A stretch of DNA of 64,000 nucleotides from Neoechinorhynchus agilis (GCA_051530055.1 CM121341.1:19260784-19324783); one strand, 5' to 3'. Counted from the stretch's first letter, positions 48,901-61,779 are shown. Notes: generated from the letters alone by a model not told the origin. A program made the numbers and translations.

Positions 48901-51900
48901 TTCCTCTCTTAATTTGGACAAATTGATACGTTCCGTTGATCAGAAGTTGATAGAATTATCATCGGGTCGGATGAACCGGGAAAGACGAAACTTATGTGAG
49001 CGTTTGATTGACCTCCTTTTTCAATTTCAGGAATTCATAAACTCACATGAATATCGGCAAGTGCTTGTTAACCATATAGTGCACCTATTAAAGCATCATC
49101 GATACTTGACCGAAAATGCAGTATCGTCCCTTCTGGCATTATTGAAAGGCAATGTCACGGACAATGACGATTTTCTAAAGCTGATACGACATTTGTCTCC
49201 GCTACTAAGCGAACTGAAAACACCTAATACAAGAATTGAATTGTTTAGCCTCTTGGCCGTTCTGTGTCCAAATGAGGATATGGTTAAAACCGTTGCGGAT
49301 CTTGAAGCACTACGAGCTGATCGAATTGATGAAATCGATTTTGAGAAACGCTTGAGCGCTCATAAACGAATACGGCGTGACCTTTACCAATCCAATTCGT
49401 TGGACAAATCATTTCTTTACATATTAACACATTGTCTTCATGGTCAACTTCACAGCCCCGAAATTAGCATCCGTACACTAACTATGGAATCACTAACGAG
49501 TCTTGTAAATGTTCTTCTCAATCAACCCGATCTTTTATCCCGCCTAATCGGAGAGATACGAACGGGAATCAAAGCAAAAGAAGACTCGACGCATTTTGCC
49601 TACATCAAGATTGTTCGTGTTCTTGTTAAACATTCCCTAGCCGACCAAACCAAATTCCCTGCCTGGATCATTAGTTTGCAAATCCTACTGAACGAAGATA
49701 TAGAAATGGACTTTTTTGAGAATATCACCCACATTCAGTTACATAGACGCTTACGTGCTCTTAATGTTCTATCAAACAAGCTAAATGATTTAAACGATCG
49801 ATCTATCGCCTACTTTGCTAAACCTATAATTAGCTTTTGCATCAAAAATGCATCTCTTCAAGAAAAAGCAGTCGACGTTTTTGGTCAGGCGATTGCTCAT
49901 TTACCATGGAGCTTTCAACGTCGAACACTAATGGGAATTATGAAAACGGAAGTCGCAACAGATTCCCTAAACAACCAAATCCTATTTAGCATTGCTCGAA
50001 ATCTAAATGTGTCTGATAAAAGTGATGACTTAGTCATAAAGCGGCTAATCGCTCTACTTTATAAATTGATTTTCGAGCGACCACAAATTGACAATAACGC
50101 CCGTCTGCGACCCTCTCTTGCTCTCACTCTAGTACGCTTACTCACCCAATTTCCGGACCGACAAGTGTTTGACTCGAATATTACAATGATAGTGCTGCGA
50201 CTGATTGAACTTTTAAAATCGCGTATATTTCAAGTAAGAAAACGAGCTCGAAATTGTCTAGAGCAGATTGCACTTCAACTTCAAAGTCCACAAACTGTTC
50301 GTTATGTAATTAGTGAGCTTGGATGCAATCTTACACGGGGTTACGAACGGCATGTTCTCGTCTATACTGTCAATGCCCTCATGCAATCATCAGCGGTGTT
50401 TCTGAAACCAGGGGATCTAGATGAATGCTTAGAAACAATTGTTTCCCTCAGAATGTCATTTCTTGCTTACGTACAAAATGAGAAATTCCTACTCACTCTT
50501 ATCATGATTTGCGACGAGCAATAATCTCATAATTCTGGAAGTGGCTGAACTTGGGCTTTTTAGTGCCGTAATCACAATTTTTATTTGCGGTTCGTAGTTT
50601 CGATAGGTCTTATCATTTTGCTTTTGTTATATACCTTAGTTGCTTTTTTTTGCATTTTGTCAATAAATTTATTTTCGCTGGGAAACAATTGCACTAGACG
50701 CTTTGTTTTCCATGTTTAATTCTGAATTATTTGGAAATGAAGAAGAGAAACGAGCATTAAGGAAAAAAGTCGACGAGGCTGGAATTACGGCCAGTTATCG
50801 TGGTTATGGCCTTCTTGCTCGTTTTGTGAGTGCATCAAAAGTGATGAGTTTCTTTGAAACTGGGTTAAAAGATCAAGTTATACGTGCTAATCATCTTAAT
50901 GTGATTACTCAATGCCTCTTTGCAGTTCGATCAGGTTTAATGACAAACGAATCATTGGACTTACATACCCTTTTGTTGGTTGTTAACGGAGTGGCACAAA
51001 TGGCTCTACCACATTGTATTCCTTCTACTGAATCATCAGAGAATTCAGTTTCGATGCCAAATACTTATCAAGATAGCCATATTATTCCAGACGAACCGCG
51101 ACGACAAGGAAAAATAACATCTTCACCAAAAACGGGTGCTTTTGTATTTTTGTCATTTTCACTTCATCTACTTCATAAAATCACAAGAAAGTTTCCCGTT
51201 AATAACAATCGATCGATCGACCCGCTTATTGACAATGTTGTTGTTAAAAGTCTCTATTGCCGCAATACTGACGTCCTTACAAAATCGCTCCAATGCCTTA
51301 ACCGACTTGTACCTTTCTCAGTTCGTTCACCCGACAATTTTAATCTTCTTATTGAACGCGTAATCAACATAATTGATAGAAATATTAGTTCAACTGCTAC
51401 ACTGCTGCCCTCTGCTTTTAAGCTTCTATCTACACTTCTTCAATATACTGAATCAATCGGACTGGAATTGAGTAATCGTTTGCTAACATACGTCGAATTG
51501 CAAGTTTTCAAGGACGGAGGAGGCGATGCGAGTGCTCTAATTCTTCTCAGATCAATTCTAAAGCAACATCTCGTACCTACGGACATTCATAAATTTATTA
51601 GGAGGTTCATAGAGCAGGTCATAAGACATGGATCGCAATTTTCGTCATCGTTCCAGCAGATTGCGAAAATAATGGGCACTTATTTGAAAAGCTACGAACT
51701 TCGGATTGGCGATGTCGAACAACTTGTGGTTTTTCTGGGACCTAATTTGCATTATGATGACATTAAAGGACGTGAGGTGACTTGTGACATGTTGTCTGCG
51801 TTGATTGGTTCGTTGCCGGTGGTGACAGTCAATCGATTGATGCCGGCACTTACCACCGCACTCCTGACATCGATGTTTAACGAAACGCGATCTGAAGGTT

Positions 51901-53015
51901 TCTTGCGTTTACGAACGTTACTGAAATCACTTTTGACGAGAGTAGATGTACCTAATCGGCAAAGTCAATTTGATCGGTTTGTAAACTGTATCGAGATCGA
52001 ATCGAAGGTACAGCTAAGAATTACATCGATACAGGCATTGTCAGTCGCATTGGAAGTGGACTTTGATCTTTTAAAGCATCACTTCCTTCTAATTTTTAAA
52101 TCCATCTACACGGACTTTTGTCACCTTCAAGATATATTAAATTCTAAGCCAATTAACGACGATTTGCGATTAAAACATTTTAGTGAACAACCGGATGTTA
52201 TAAAGAATCAATACACATTTTATGCAGTGTCTCTAATATTAGACGTAATTAAAGGTTCTAGTGGAGTCTCGGATTTGTTAGATAGCGCTTGGAATTGCAT
52301 TGTTCATGGATACATACTTCGTCAAACGGATGTAGGAATTCGACTGAAGTCATGCGACCTTGTCAATGAATGTCTGTTACGGCGCGGGTCGATTAACCCA
52401 AAGGATTTCCGACTTTTAGTTCGTTTACATTGCCAAATGCTCAGGAGTACCAAAAGTGTTCAAGTCACTGATCACATCACTAGAAATATGTTTCACCTGA
52501 CACGATCTGTGATCGATAAGGAAACGTACGGTCCGGACGAGGTCCGATTTGTTGCGGCTAGAATGCGTCGAGAAGGTGATTTCGAGGCAGCGCACAATCT
52601 CGGGTCTTGTACTTCAAGACAAGCGGCCCTTAAGTTCTTTGCATCTTTGACAATTCTTCTTAAACGAGAACAATTCCACAAAAGCCTGTCTAATATTATC
52701 GTTCCTCTCATTCAGAGAGAATTTGGAAAGGACGACAATCAACTAAAAGATCTTGCGATGGAAACATGGTCAACTATTGAAGGAATGTATGGAGAAGAGG
52801 CTCATTTACTCGTGGAAGTTTATAACAAGAGTAAAAAGGTGAGGTCAGAACGAAAAATTAAAAGAAAAGAGAGATTGGCCATAACAAAAGTCCGAGAACC
52901 CGTCTTAGCCGCAGAAAGGAAAATAACACGACGAAAAGAAAAAGGACGAAGAAAAGCTGACCGCAAATTAAGGTACAGTACAAAAAAGTATTTGGTTTAT
53001 TTTTTAATGTCTTAG
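45902..53015 (+). CDS. UTP20: Small-subunit processome component 20 (HEAT repeats); two long exons separated by an atypical interruption at ~50441-50705
   Basis: N-terminal RFKFRSLAQRL, DFFENITHIQLHRRLRAL, RGYERHVLVYTV, ELFGNEEEK, basic C-terminus. ~2300 aa in total. Confidence 0.9.
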
Positions 53016-53622
53016 TGGCGCGTGGGGTTTGGTTGACCTTTATTAAAAGAACGGCTAGAAAATCGTGTTTTTGGCTGCCAATTGATTAAAAATCACGATC
53101 TTGAATAATGCCACACAGTTATAATTTTTGTCTTTAGCAGCGCGCTCACCCATCTCACGATTAAATGCGGAGAAGGTTTAAATTGTTTGAGAGCCAATGA
53201 CGGTCCTCTAAAGGTCAGCATTATGTGTGTTGCGTCCAAGCAGGCCGTGCCAATCGATCGCAATTTAGTTTACGAAGACGGCGCCTTGATTGCAATTGAC
53301 AGACCGTCCATGAGGTTCATGCAACTGAAAATTTAATTTAGCGCATAGAATAAATGCGTGAATTATGGATCTGATATTGGATTTTAAATGACTTCGAGTG
53401 AAGCTCTTTGTTTTCCTCCAGAACGTGGATAAAAAGTGGAAATTTCTACTTTTGCACCATTTTGAGTGTCGTACGGCTATAACGGAGGAACAATCGAGTG
53501 TATAGACCACGTCCTAAAAATTAAAAGGATCGAATGATCAAAGAAGAAATTTAAAGGTATGCATGAAATTGCGATGCTTTGTCCCGCTATTCAAGCTCAG
53601 AATGTTTACACTTTTCTTTATG

Positions 53623-55242
53623 CTAACCGATTGCTATTTTTCTTTTCCTTGGTCTCATTGCTAACAATTTACATGTCTGATAAATGTAGACACATTCTGT
53701 CAAGTGCAGGAGACCGGTGACCTGCTGTGTAGCAATCGGATATTTCATCACCACTTCGATCAACTTTTCCAAATGCATTAAGAGTCCGCGGTTCAAGATT
53801 TTCATCATATTACGACAGTACATCATTCCCCTTAAAAGTCCAAAACTGGAACGAACGAGTCCTCGGAGGACGAGGACAAGATGATGGACAGTTACAAAGT
53901 AAACCGGATGATTCCTGATACCATTGAATCTTACATGAGCTTGTGTGCAGCTTCTGGAGTATAAGGAGCACGCGAAATCCGTTAATCCATCACTTGTTGT
54001 GATTTTATAGATCATGTCAATGGATTGTGTTATGAGTACCACGAGGCAGTTGCATTTAGCAGTACATTTGGATGATTGCTCATAAGCCATGCGATGAGGT
54101 GATGATATTCGTATTTTGTCTGGATTAAATAGTACGTGACAAATCAGAGTGAGAATATACTGTGCGATTTCTAGTCTATGTTTTGGATCAATTTTTTGAT
54201 TTAAAACAGAACTTCTCCATTTAGATATACGATAGCCGATACATTGCACTGATGATTGCGATTGAGAACAGCAAAGTAGCGAGAAGGGGATAGGAGATGG
54301 GATGTACGTAAGTGAGCGTATCACTGATCGAAGTATGAGACATTGATTGCAAGGTCGAGAGAATATTTCGTCACATTTTGCAAATATTTTCCTTTTCAAT
54401 TCTATATCTTCTCTTTCGTTGCTTCCTAATCCAACCCAACACTCGGTAGCACAATCAATAAGTAAACAAACCAATTCAGTATCTAAACCAATACTGTCTT
54501 TATCTAACACGATTAGCTGATCGATAGCAATATCAAGAAATTGAAGGCCAAGCAGAACAATCGCATGTCGTATTGACGAATCACCACTACGAAACTTTCG
54601 ATGTTTCCTGCAAAAACATTCCACGGACTTCACCAAATACTTGAAGGCATCTATCGAATCTTTAGAATTGTGACTTTGACAGAAATATTTACCTACACAA
54701 TCTCTAACAGCTTGGCACTTCTTAAGCATGGCAGCAGTGTTGAAGGTTCTTAAATTTAGCTTATTTATTGCATTTATGACTGTCATCGTAGTAACATCAT
54801 CGTTGGTATCCGAATCTAAGTCATATTTGATTTCGTCATTGTTACAATTGGGTTTCTTAAGAAATTCATCAAAATACGTCTGCATTAAGGCTTTCGTACG
54901 TCGATTTGAATTAAAATGACGTGGCTCATTTTGTGGCAAACCAGCCTCCTGGACCTTGAGTTTTCTTTGAAGTCTAATCACCTCTCTTTCCAACGCATCG
55001 TTTTGACTGCAAAGCAAATTCACCGACTGAGAAGTCAAGAAGGAGCTCTGTTGCTCGATGTGCTTATTAACGAGTAAGCGATTCGAATTTTCATCGTAAT
55101 TGCCATTTTCAATGGCCTGGGAAATAAATGCAAGAACCGCGTCGTCAACAAAATTTGGATCGTTAGCAAAAGGATCATCGGGCGAATCATTAGCAGGACG
55201 CTTCGAGGGCGGACCCTTTAAGGGTTGTTGAAGGCCGGACAT
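53623..55242 (-). CDS. ATRIP: ATR-interacting protein-like, 539 aa, single exon
   Basis: N-terminal PPSKRP..DDPF...F.DD.....SQA resembles recalled human ATRIP PPSKRAR...DDPF..DFTADDLEELDTLASQAL. A coiled coil follows, and CNC..V..LVLVLRGL lies near the C-terminus. Confidence 0.55.
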   Translation of the reverse strand: MSGLQQPLKGPPSKRPANDSPDDPFANDPNFVDDAVLAFISQAIENGNYDENSNRLLVNKHIEQQSSFLTSQSVNLLCSQNDALEREVIRLQRKLKVQEAGLPQNEPRHFNSNRRTKALMQTYFDEFLKKPNCNNDEIKYDLDSDTNDDVTTMTVINAINKLNLRTFNTAAMLKKCQAVRDCVGKYFCQSHNSKDSIDAFKYLVKSVECFCRKHRKFRSGDSSIRHAIVLLGLQFLDIAIDQLIVLDKDSIGLDTELVCLLIDCATECWVGLGSNEREDIELKRKIFAKCDEIFSRPCNQCLILRSVIRSLTYIPSPIPFSLLCCSQSQSSVQCIGYRISKWRSSVLNQKIDPKHRLEIAQYILTLICHVLFNPDKIRISSPHRMAYEQSSKCTAKCNCLVVLITQSIDMIYKITTSDGLTDFACSLYSRSCTQAHVRFNGIRNHPVYFVTVHHLVLVLRGLVRSSFGLLRGMMYCRNMMKILNRGLLMHLEKLIEVVMKYPIATQQVTGLLHLTECVYIYQTCKLLAMRPRKRKIAIG

Positions 55243-55758
55243 CTCCTACGTCTACAATTTTAAAAATTTGTACTTGAAAAAAAAGCGGATTTTTTTCTAA
55301 AACGAACACGGCGTCTCTCGTAGTTTGGAACGTATGAACCCTTACCGTAAAATTTGCGTTCAAGAAACACACGAAAAATGCCATTTAAGGTAAAAATAAG
55401 CCCTAATGCTCATGTCGCCTCAACGGTTTTGCTCGATGACCTTTTAAGGTAGTCAGACAAACCAAGCAACCACAGAAGAAATTTGTGGATACATTGGAAA
55501 AATTTAAATCCTTAACTGTTATTAGCAGTAAAACGTTGGCAATTAGAGATTCCAAACGATGATCAGCTACTTGTTCGATTATTTGTCATGAAATGTAAAC
55601 GAATGATTGGATAATTTTAACAATTTATCTTAATCTCTTACGAAGAACTGTGATTTTGTGACTCGATCGAATCGATTATCTCTTAACGGACATTTTCCAA
55701 AAAAAACACTCGGAAAATCTGGATTTTTTGTACTAGACTCAAAGCACGCATTCTCATT

Positions 55759-56697
55759 CTACAAACTTTGAAGAGCTGTTGCGGTGGCGTCGATTTGTAA
55801 AAGTTTGGGACACAACAACATAAGTTTTTTTCTGTACATTCTATCTTGCTTTTGTAGAGGATTGTCCTCGAGACGGACGTCAATGAGAGATTGAAGACGT
55901 GATAAAATGTCAATTGAGTCCCATGAACTAAGTTTATTTCCTCCAAGCCAGAGATCGTTTAAATTCTGTAAATGTTCAATACCATGAACGAATGTAAGGC
56001 GGTTGGAAGTCAGGTCGAGAATTTCCAGCCGATTGCAATTTTGCAGTCCATCGATTGCATCGATTCCGTTCTCTGCTAAGTACAACTCCCGCAGCTCGGC
56101 TAAGCAATCGAGACCTTCGATTTTCGATAATCGGTTACTGGTTAGACTAAGAAGTTGAAGCGTGGGACCCACGACGCTCAAATTATCTATCCGTTTTATG
56201 GAATTATTGCCGAGATGAAGTGTCACAAGACATTTAAGCTTATCCAGGTTTTTTATTTCTTTAATTCGATTATCACCAAGTTCAAGAAGGCTCAACTTTT
56301 CAAGCCTGTCGAGTCTGTCGATTTCAGTAATACCGTTATGAATTAGGAAAAGACTTTCCAATTTAACAAGTGAATCCAAACCTTCTATGATTCGGATTCG
56401 ATTAAAGCTTAAATCTAAAAATACCAAATTCCGTAGTTCGCTCAAATTCTTGATTTCCGTAATCTGGTTCCCGTACAAATCGAGGCGTTTCAGTGTATCG
56501 CAGAGTGCCCCGAGGTTCTTAATTTCTTTAATCTGATTATTCCGAAGATTTAGTTCAACCACGTTTTGGCTACAATCAACTTGTGCAATTTCTCGCAAGC
56601 GGGCGTGAGAAAGATCCGCTCGAACTCCTTCTGCTTCTGGCACATAAATATCACTTTCTTCAAGGTATTCGTCCGCTGAACTGGGCGAATCGCTCAT
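55759..56697 (-). CDS. PPP1R7: SDS22-like leucine-rich repeat protein (frame stays open upstream to 57033)
   Basis: About 11 LxxLxLxxNxIxxIxxL repeats and LRRcap (LEDNPL...YRKKLMLLCPKLLQIDAT). Confidence 0.8.
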   Translation of the reverse strand: MSDSPSSADEYLEESDIYVPEAEGVRADLSHARLREIAQVDCSQNVVELNLRNNQIKEIKNLGALCDTLKRLDLYGNQITEIKNLSELRNLVFLDLSFNRIRIIEGLDSLVKLESLFLIHNGITEIDRLDRLEKLSLLELGDNRIKEIKNLDKLKCLVTLHLGNNSIKRIDNLSVVGPTLQLLSLTSNRLSKIEGLDCLAELRELYLAENGIDAIDGLQNCNRLEILDLTSNRLTFVHGIEHLQNLNDLWLGGNKLSSWDSIDILSRLQSLIDVRLEDNPLQKQDRMYRKKLMLLCPKLLQIDATATALQSL

Positions 56698-57149
56698 ATT
56701 CTCATGCTTCGTCATTAACCCGCACAAGTGTTTAAATCCGGCATTACCTTCTTCCGTGATTATAGCGCGCAATTCCGACTGATTCATAATGACAATTTGA
56801 AACGAGCCTGTGGCTACGACTTCTTTCGGATGCTTGACGTGCAACAGAAGGAAAACAGAAGGAAGTTTGTGTTGGTGAATAGTAAGGAGGTGCATCACAT
56901 ATTCGATCATCGCAGAAGGGAAGAGAGACTTGATCTTTAGTACGCATCGTCGCCAAAAGCCGAGAACACTTTCGAATGGTAGTTCTTCAATCGCCATCTT
57001 TTGGGTGAAGCACATAATTGAACCGATCACCATACTTCACGGAGAAGTTTTAAAGCCCTTACCTCATCGATCGAATGACTTTACAAGTGCAGTGGTCCCC
57101 ATGGCACATTCGGCTTGCGAAATAATGAAGAGTGCTTGCTCTACATTGT

Positions 57150-57760
57150 GTTGAACGCTTAATCAGAACGTCCAGGAACGGAATATCTCCTTTGTCATTC
57201 TCGTTGATGTCTTAAGCGAGTCGTTGCTCTGATTAAATTCAATGAGAATGAACACATTATCCACACTCATACCGCCACCATCGATTTGCATCCTTATGCT
57301 TTACCAAGAACGTCGATTATCAATCACGCACGTAGATGTGAGTTGAGGTCTCAGATCATGGGAAGAGTCCATGGCTACTCCATCTGCTTGATCGTAGAAT
57401 ATCCATTCAAATTCAAATGCGGTCATCCTTGTGCACCGTTGGTTTATGGAATACTACAACACCTAGATCTAAACGTGGTTTGCTGCAATGTTTAGCTAGT
57501 AAATCAGCCGATAATTCAATCGTTTTATCCCGTGGGGCATTGATGAAGAGGGCGTAAGTTTCCTAATAACATTCACAAACGTGGGTCCATCCTTAACGTA
57601 CGAAACAGAGTTTGGTAAAAACGATCTAAATAAAACATTGATAATTTTGAATAGGCTATGATTAAAACACATTTAGCTGTTTATAGTGAGATGGTACCGA
57701 AGGATGGGGTTGTGAATTTTCAGAAAGAGATACAGGAAAGCAGCCGCGGCCGATGACCAT
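57150..57760 (-). mobile_element. Highly decayed Penelope-like RT remnant
   Basis: Ordered fragments LKIHNP, SYVKDGPTF, FEF...FYDQADGVAMDS, WWRY..VDNVF, ENDKGDIPFLDVLIKR. Confidence 0.72.
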
Positions 57761-57987
57761 CTCGTCGTATTGTAATATTCTTTACTTATTAGATACCGGT
57801 TCAACAAGTTCTTAAGGAAACTGTTATATCACAACTCCTAGAAAATTAGATGGCTGATGGGGCGAGGCTTCCTCACGAAATATTTCGAACCAATAAAATA
57901 TGTTTTATTCGGGGGAGGGATTGTGATCACCACAATTCCATTCAAGAGAATACATTTATTTTTTCTTATCAAGTAAAATGTGTTCAA

Positions 57988-60940
57988 TCAAGCAGAATAT
58001 TCGTGAATTATCAATCTTAGAACATCTGATTGCGAATCATCCGATAATTTGAAGGCCTCTTGAATTTTGATTAACATATCGTATGTAATTCGATCGGTGA
58101 CAACGGAGTCTTTTTTGTATTCCGGATGTCGCGAAATATAATTTCGGATCCATCGAGCATTTGTCATTAATTTTCCTTAATCAAGAATATAATAGAAAAT
58201 ATTTCAGGGAGAAACGAACCGGAAGCACGGCATGAAATAAAATGGAGATAGCAACCTAATTTGCAACAAGTTTCTGGGTCAACGTCAATTGTATCCACAT
58301 AATTTCTGATAAGTGGGATCAATCCTTCAAAATTGTCCTAAGAAAACGGGTACAGCTGACGCAGAATAATTCATACGTACACATCCATTTATGATTTCAT
58401 CGATCGTGAGTTCATGTACTGAGCAATAATCGATTCCCGGTGTTTCTTCGTCGTCGTTGCCTTATACAACAACAATACTAACTTCGTTTTTTCTTATGAA
58501 AAACTAAACCTCTTTGTATGTTTGTGTTGCAATAAAAAGTTTCTTTGATAACAGCATCTCTTTTTTGAGCTCTTCGCATATTTTCTTTAACCTCGAAGAC
58601 AATAATTTGTAAATTTTGATAAACCAAAATTTTTGGTCGAACCATTGATACCGGGATTATAAAGCGAGTTCTGTAGGATAAAATAACCCTTGTTATAAGC
58701 AGAATAAATGTGACTAAAGCAGCATTCTCGAATTCAGTAAATTGCAGCTATGAGAATCTTGGTTAATGTGCTAATGCTTCAACTGAAAATACCTCGGGTG
58801 TTCTAAATTCAACCCGCCATCCAATGTTCGATCCAGGTGGTGGAATTTTGAATCGCATATTATTCCAGTTTGTCGATTGGATAGTCTTCAAGGTTACTGC
58901 TAATATTCACTTGTTGCTTCTTTACAGAGAAAAAATACCTCAAAATGGAAAGTATCGTTTGGACGATAATCGAGAATATCTTTGAATACAACGAGGGGTT
59001 GCCTAACGAATAGATGAGCAACGTGATCTGCTAACAAATGATCGATATCTAAAATAGCTCGCAAATCTTGCTACTTGAACGCAAAATCTTACTAGCATCG
59101 ATTAATTCTTTATGATACTGCTCGTTTTTAACCAAATCAATGTCATTATAAATAGCGCCGTATCGTGAAATATAAGAATCAAGTGTGCTGTAACGAGACG
59201 TATTTATCCTGTAATTAGGTCCTTCGTGATCAACCTATGGTAAAATTGGTTTTTATCTAACAAATATGCGTACATTTATACCTGTTCGTCCGACTTACTT
59301 CTTTCATACGCATTCCTATCATCTACTGAGGATGCTATTACTTCCCATCGGCAATCAATATCGCTCAAGTATCCCTTCCATACTGGTGAAGCTGCACTTA
59401 GCGCTAACTGCGACAATCGAAACTTTAGAAATAATTCGGTTAACTGACTAAAATGGGTGTTAGTGGACATAAGTGATCGTAAAGCATTCTAGCTTCTTCA
59501 GCGTTTGATGCCTGAAAGGTCACTTGAAGACAACAACATCCCATTCCAAAACCCATTGCGTCCATATAAATGTGATTCGGAACAGCCCGTTTGGTTTCAT
59601 CCGGAAATTTATCAACTGCAGGGTCAATGAATGGATTAGGGGTGTTTGTATCCATAAATACTAAAAAGTAGAGAATAAGCGCAGGTGCTAAGTAAGCAAG
59701 CTAAATTATTGACCTGGAACGTTGATACAAACTTTCTCCCCACGTCTTGCCTTTATGTTTCTAGCTAATGTCAGGAACCGTGGATGGCCTTGAGTCGCGG
59801 CCTCGTTAGGAAAAAATAGGGAAAGAGCTGCGTTGCCCTTTGAATCTATACCAATAGATGGATCATAAGACGGGGTCGTGAAATTCGGACATCCCAATCT
59901 AAATATGAAAGCAGGACATAAAAACATGAACAATTCAATCTTTAAACAGTGAATAAACAAAAGAGAGATTATTTATAGTAATTTTTTATTTTTATGTGTG
60001 ACCAGCCGAGTATATATTCCTTTTTAAGTGTTGTGAACATGCCTTTCATGGCTGTGCGCTCAAGGAAAATTATCAGCCGTAAAAGGGATGCTCACAACAC
60101 TTAAAAAGTATTTTTTATACAAACACTTTTATAAGTGAATTCATATTACGGTCTAAAAATTCTGGAGGTGTTTATCTGTAACCGGCGCAAGACATGTAGC
60201 TCGGAAATACCGAAAAGAGTTTATTAAAATGTAAGTGAGTTTAATCGACTAATAGTATAAAGTTTGTAAACAGCAACAAGGCTTCGTGCGCTTCAATATC
60301 GATCGCGAGCGCGCGAGGTACAAAAGCGGACAAACCTGGGGAAGCAAGTCATCATCAGAACCACCTCGTCAGGAGCAAGTTGTGATTGGAGTTGTCTTCG
60401 TCTAAACTTAGAGGCTCAATGCGAATTATGAAACTTACATTGTCGACTTCAACCTTTTCTTCATGTTGCACTCTACAATTCCTATATCGCCAATGGTATG
60501 TTTATATGGCTTTCCAGGAGTTGCCTCGATCATGTATTCGGCAAACTCATGAACCCAATGGGTTGAACAATCGTCGTTTCTAAACTTACAAGCAAACAGT
60601 GTTTTTGTTTGAAAAGACTAACTGATTCAAATCTCTTTCTTTAGTAAACTTTTTTAAATACTCGGTTGCAACCAATGCCAATTGTACCTTTTTGTTCGTG
60701 TGGTCGAACTTGGCTACCATGTATTCGATCTTTGAAATAGAAAAACACAGTTTTATAAAAACACGAACTGAGAAAAGCGAATAAAGTTACCTCGTCTCCC
60801 CATCGCAAAAATTCTCCTCTCTTTTCCTTTAGATTATTGTAGGCCTCAATAAATTGTCGCAACCCAAAATCATTTAATCTTTTTAAATGCTGTTGGGCCT
60901 CCGACCAATCGAGCGGCTCCCCGATTTCCAACAAACCCAT
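57988..60940 (-). CDS. GCLC: Glutamate-cysteine ligase catalytic subunit, ~14 exons, all GT-AG
   Basis: [100 protein letters not shown] walked the exons manually and each splices in frame. Confidence 0.95.
60009..60120. repeat. Foldback/MITE-like hairpin inside the long GCLC intron
   Basis: 35-bp inverted arms 60020-60054 / 60074-60108 with 4 mismatches and a 19-nt loop. Confidence 0.75.
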
Positions 60941-61779
60941 TAGTCTGAAATGAGTTACGACTGAGAACACGTCTTAGGGAGCAACGCTAAGACAACTTAG
61001 TCTTAAAGTTTGCTCATGTACTCCTTTTATTCTGCATAATGCCCTGCACGAAAGAAGTTTATGATCCATATATCAATTATCCGCCCTTCAATGAAACTTA
61101 TCGTCTGACTTTGATACCAACTTTCTATCTAGGAAAAAGTTGAATCGAAATTTTATATGGAAAAACGTTAAGAGCTAATTTGGCACAGAAAATGCGACTC
61201 CAAAGACGAAACGGGTTGGGTTTTTCTAAAAGGTCCACAAATTCACCCAAACTATGAGCGGTAATTTTAACTGGACCTCCGCTCTTTTTTCTCAGCCGCT
61301 CAATCCTCCAAATGCGAATTGATTCAGAGGAAAGAACGAAAACCAACAACTAACAATTAACCAACCAAAATCAAATAAATCTCCTACAAACAATAACCAC
61401 CAATTCCCACCCTAACGGACATCCCCTGACGGGATATTAACATACAAACGGGCATTTCCCAACCGGATACTCCCGAACGAACCCGCAATCCTCTGCAAAA
61501 TAAACAACGGCTTTCTTTAGACAAATCGGAACTCGATTACTCACGAGGACCCAGAGGTACATGGTTTCTCTGTTTGTATCAATTAAATGTGTTATTATTA
61601 AATACGAACGTCCACTAAAAAGCGAAATAAGACATTATTTCTTTTTAATGTCATATATCATTGTTGGTTGTTTTGGAGAACTACAATTGATTATTTGTTA
61701 AATTCAATATTTCGATCCCCTATCTTGGATCTTCTCCAGAATCTAAAATACACACATTCAGGGATTATCAAGTTATATC

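Noticed and set aside
45902-53015. Ribosome-biogenesis gene UTP20 directly next to rDNA
   Set aside because: No evidence of functional linkage; the other neighbours are unrelated, so coincidence is sufficient.
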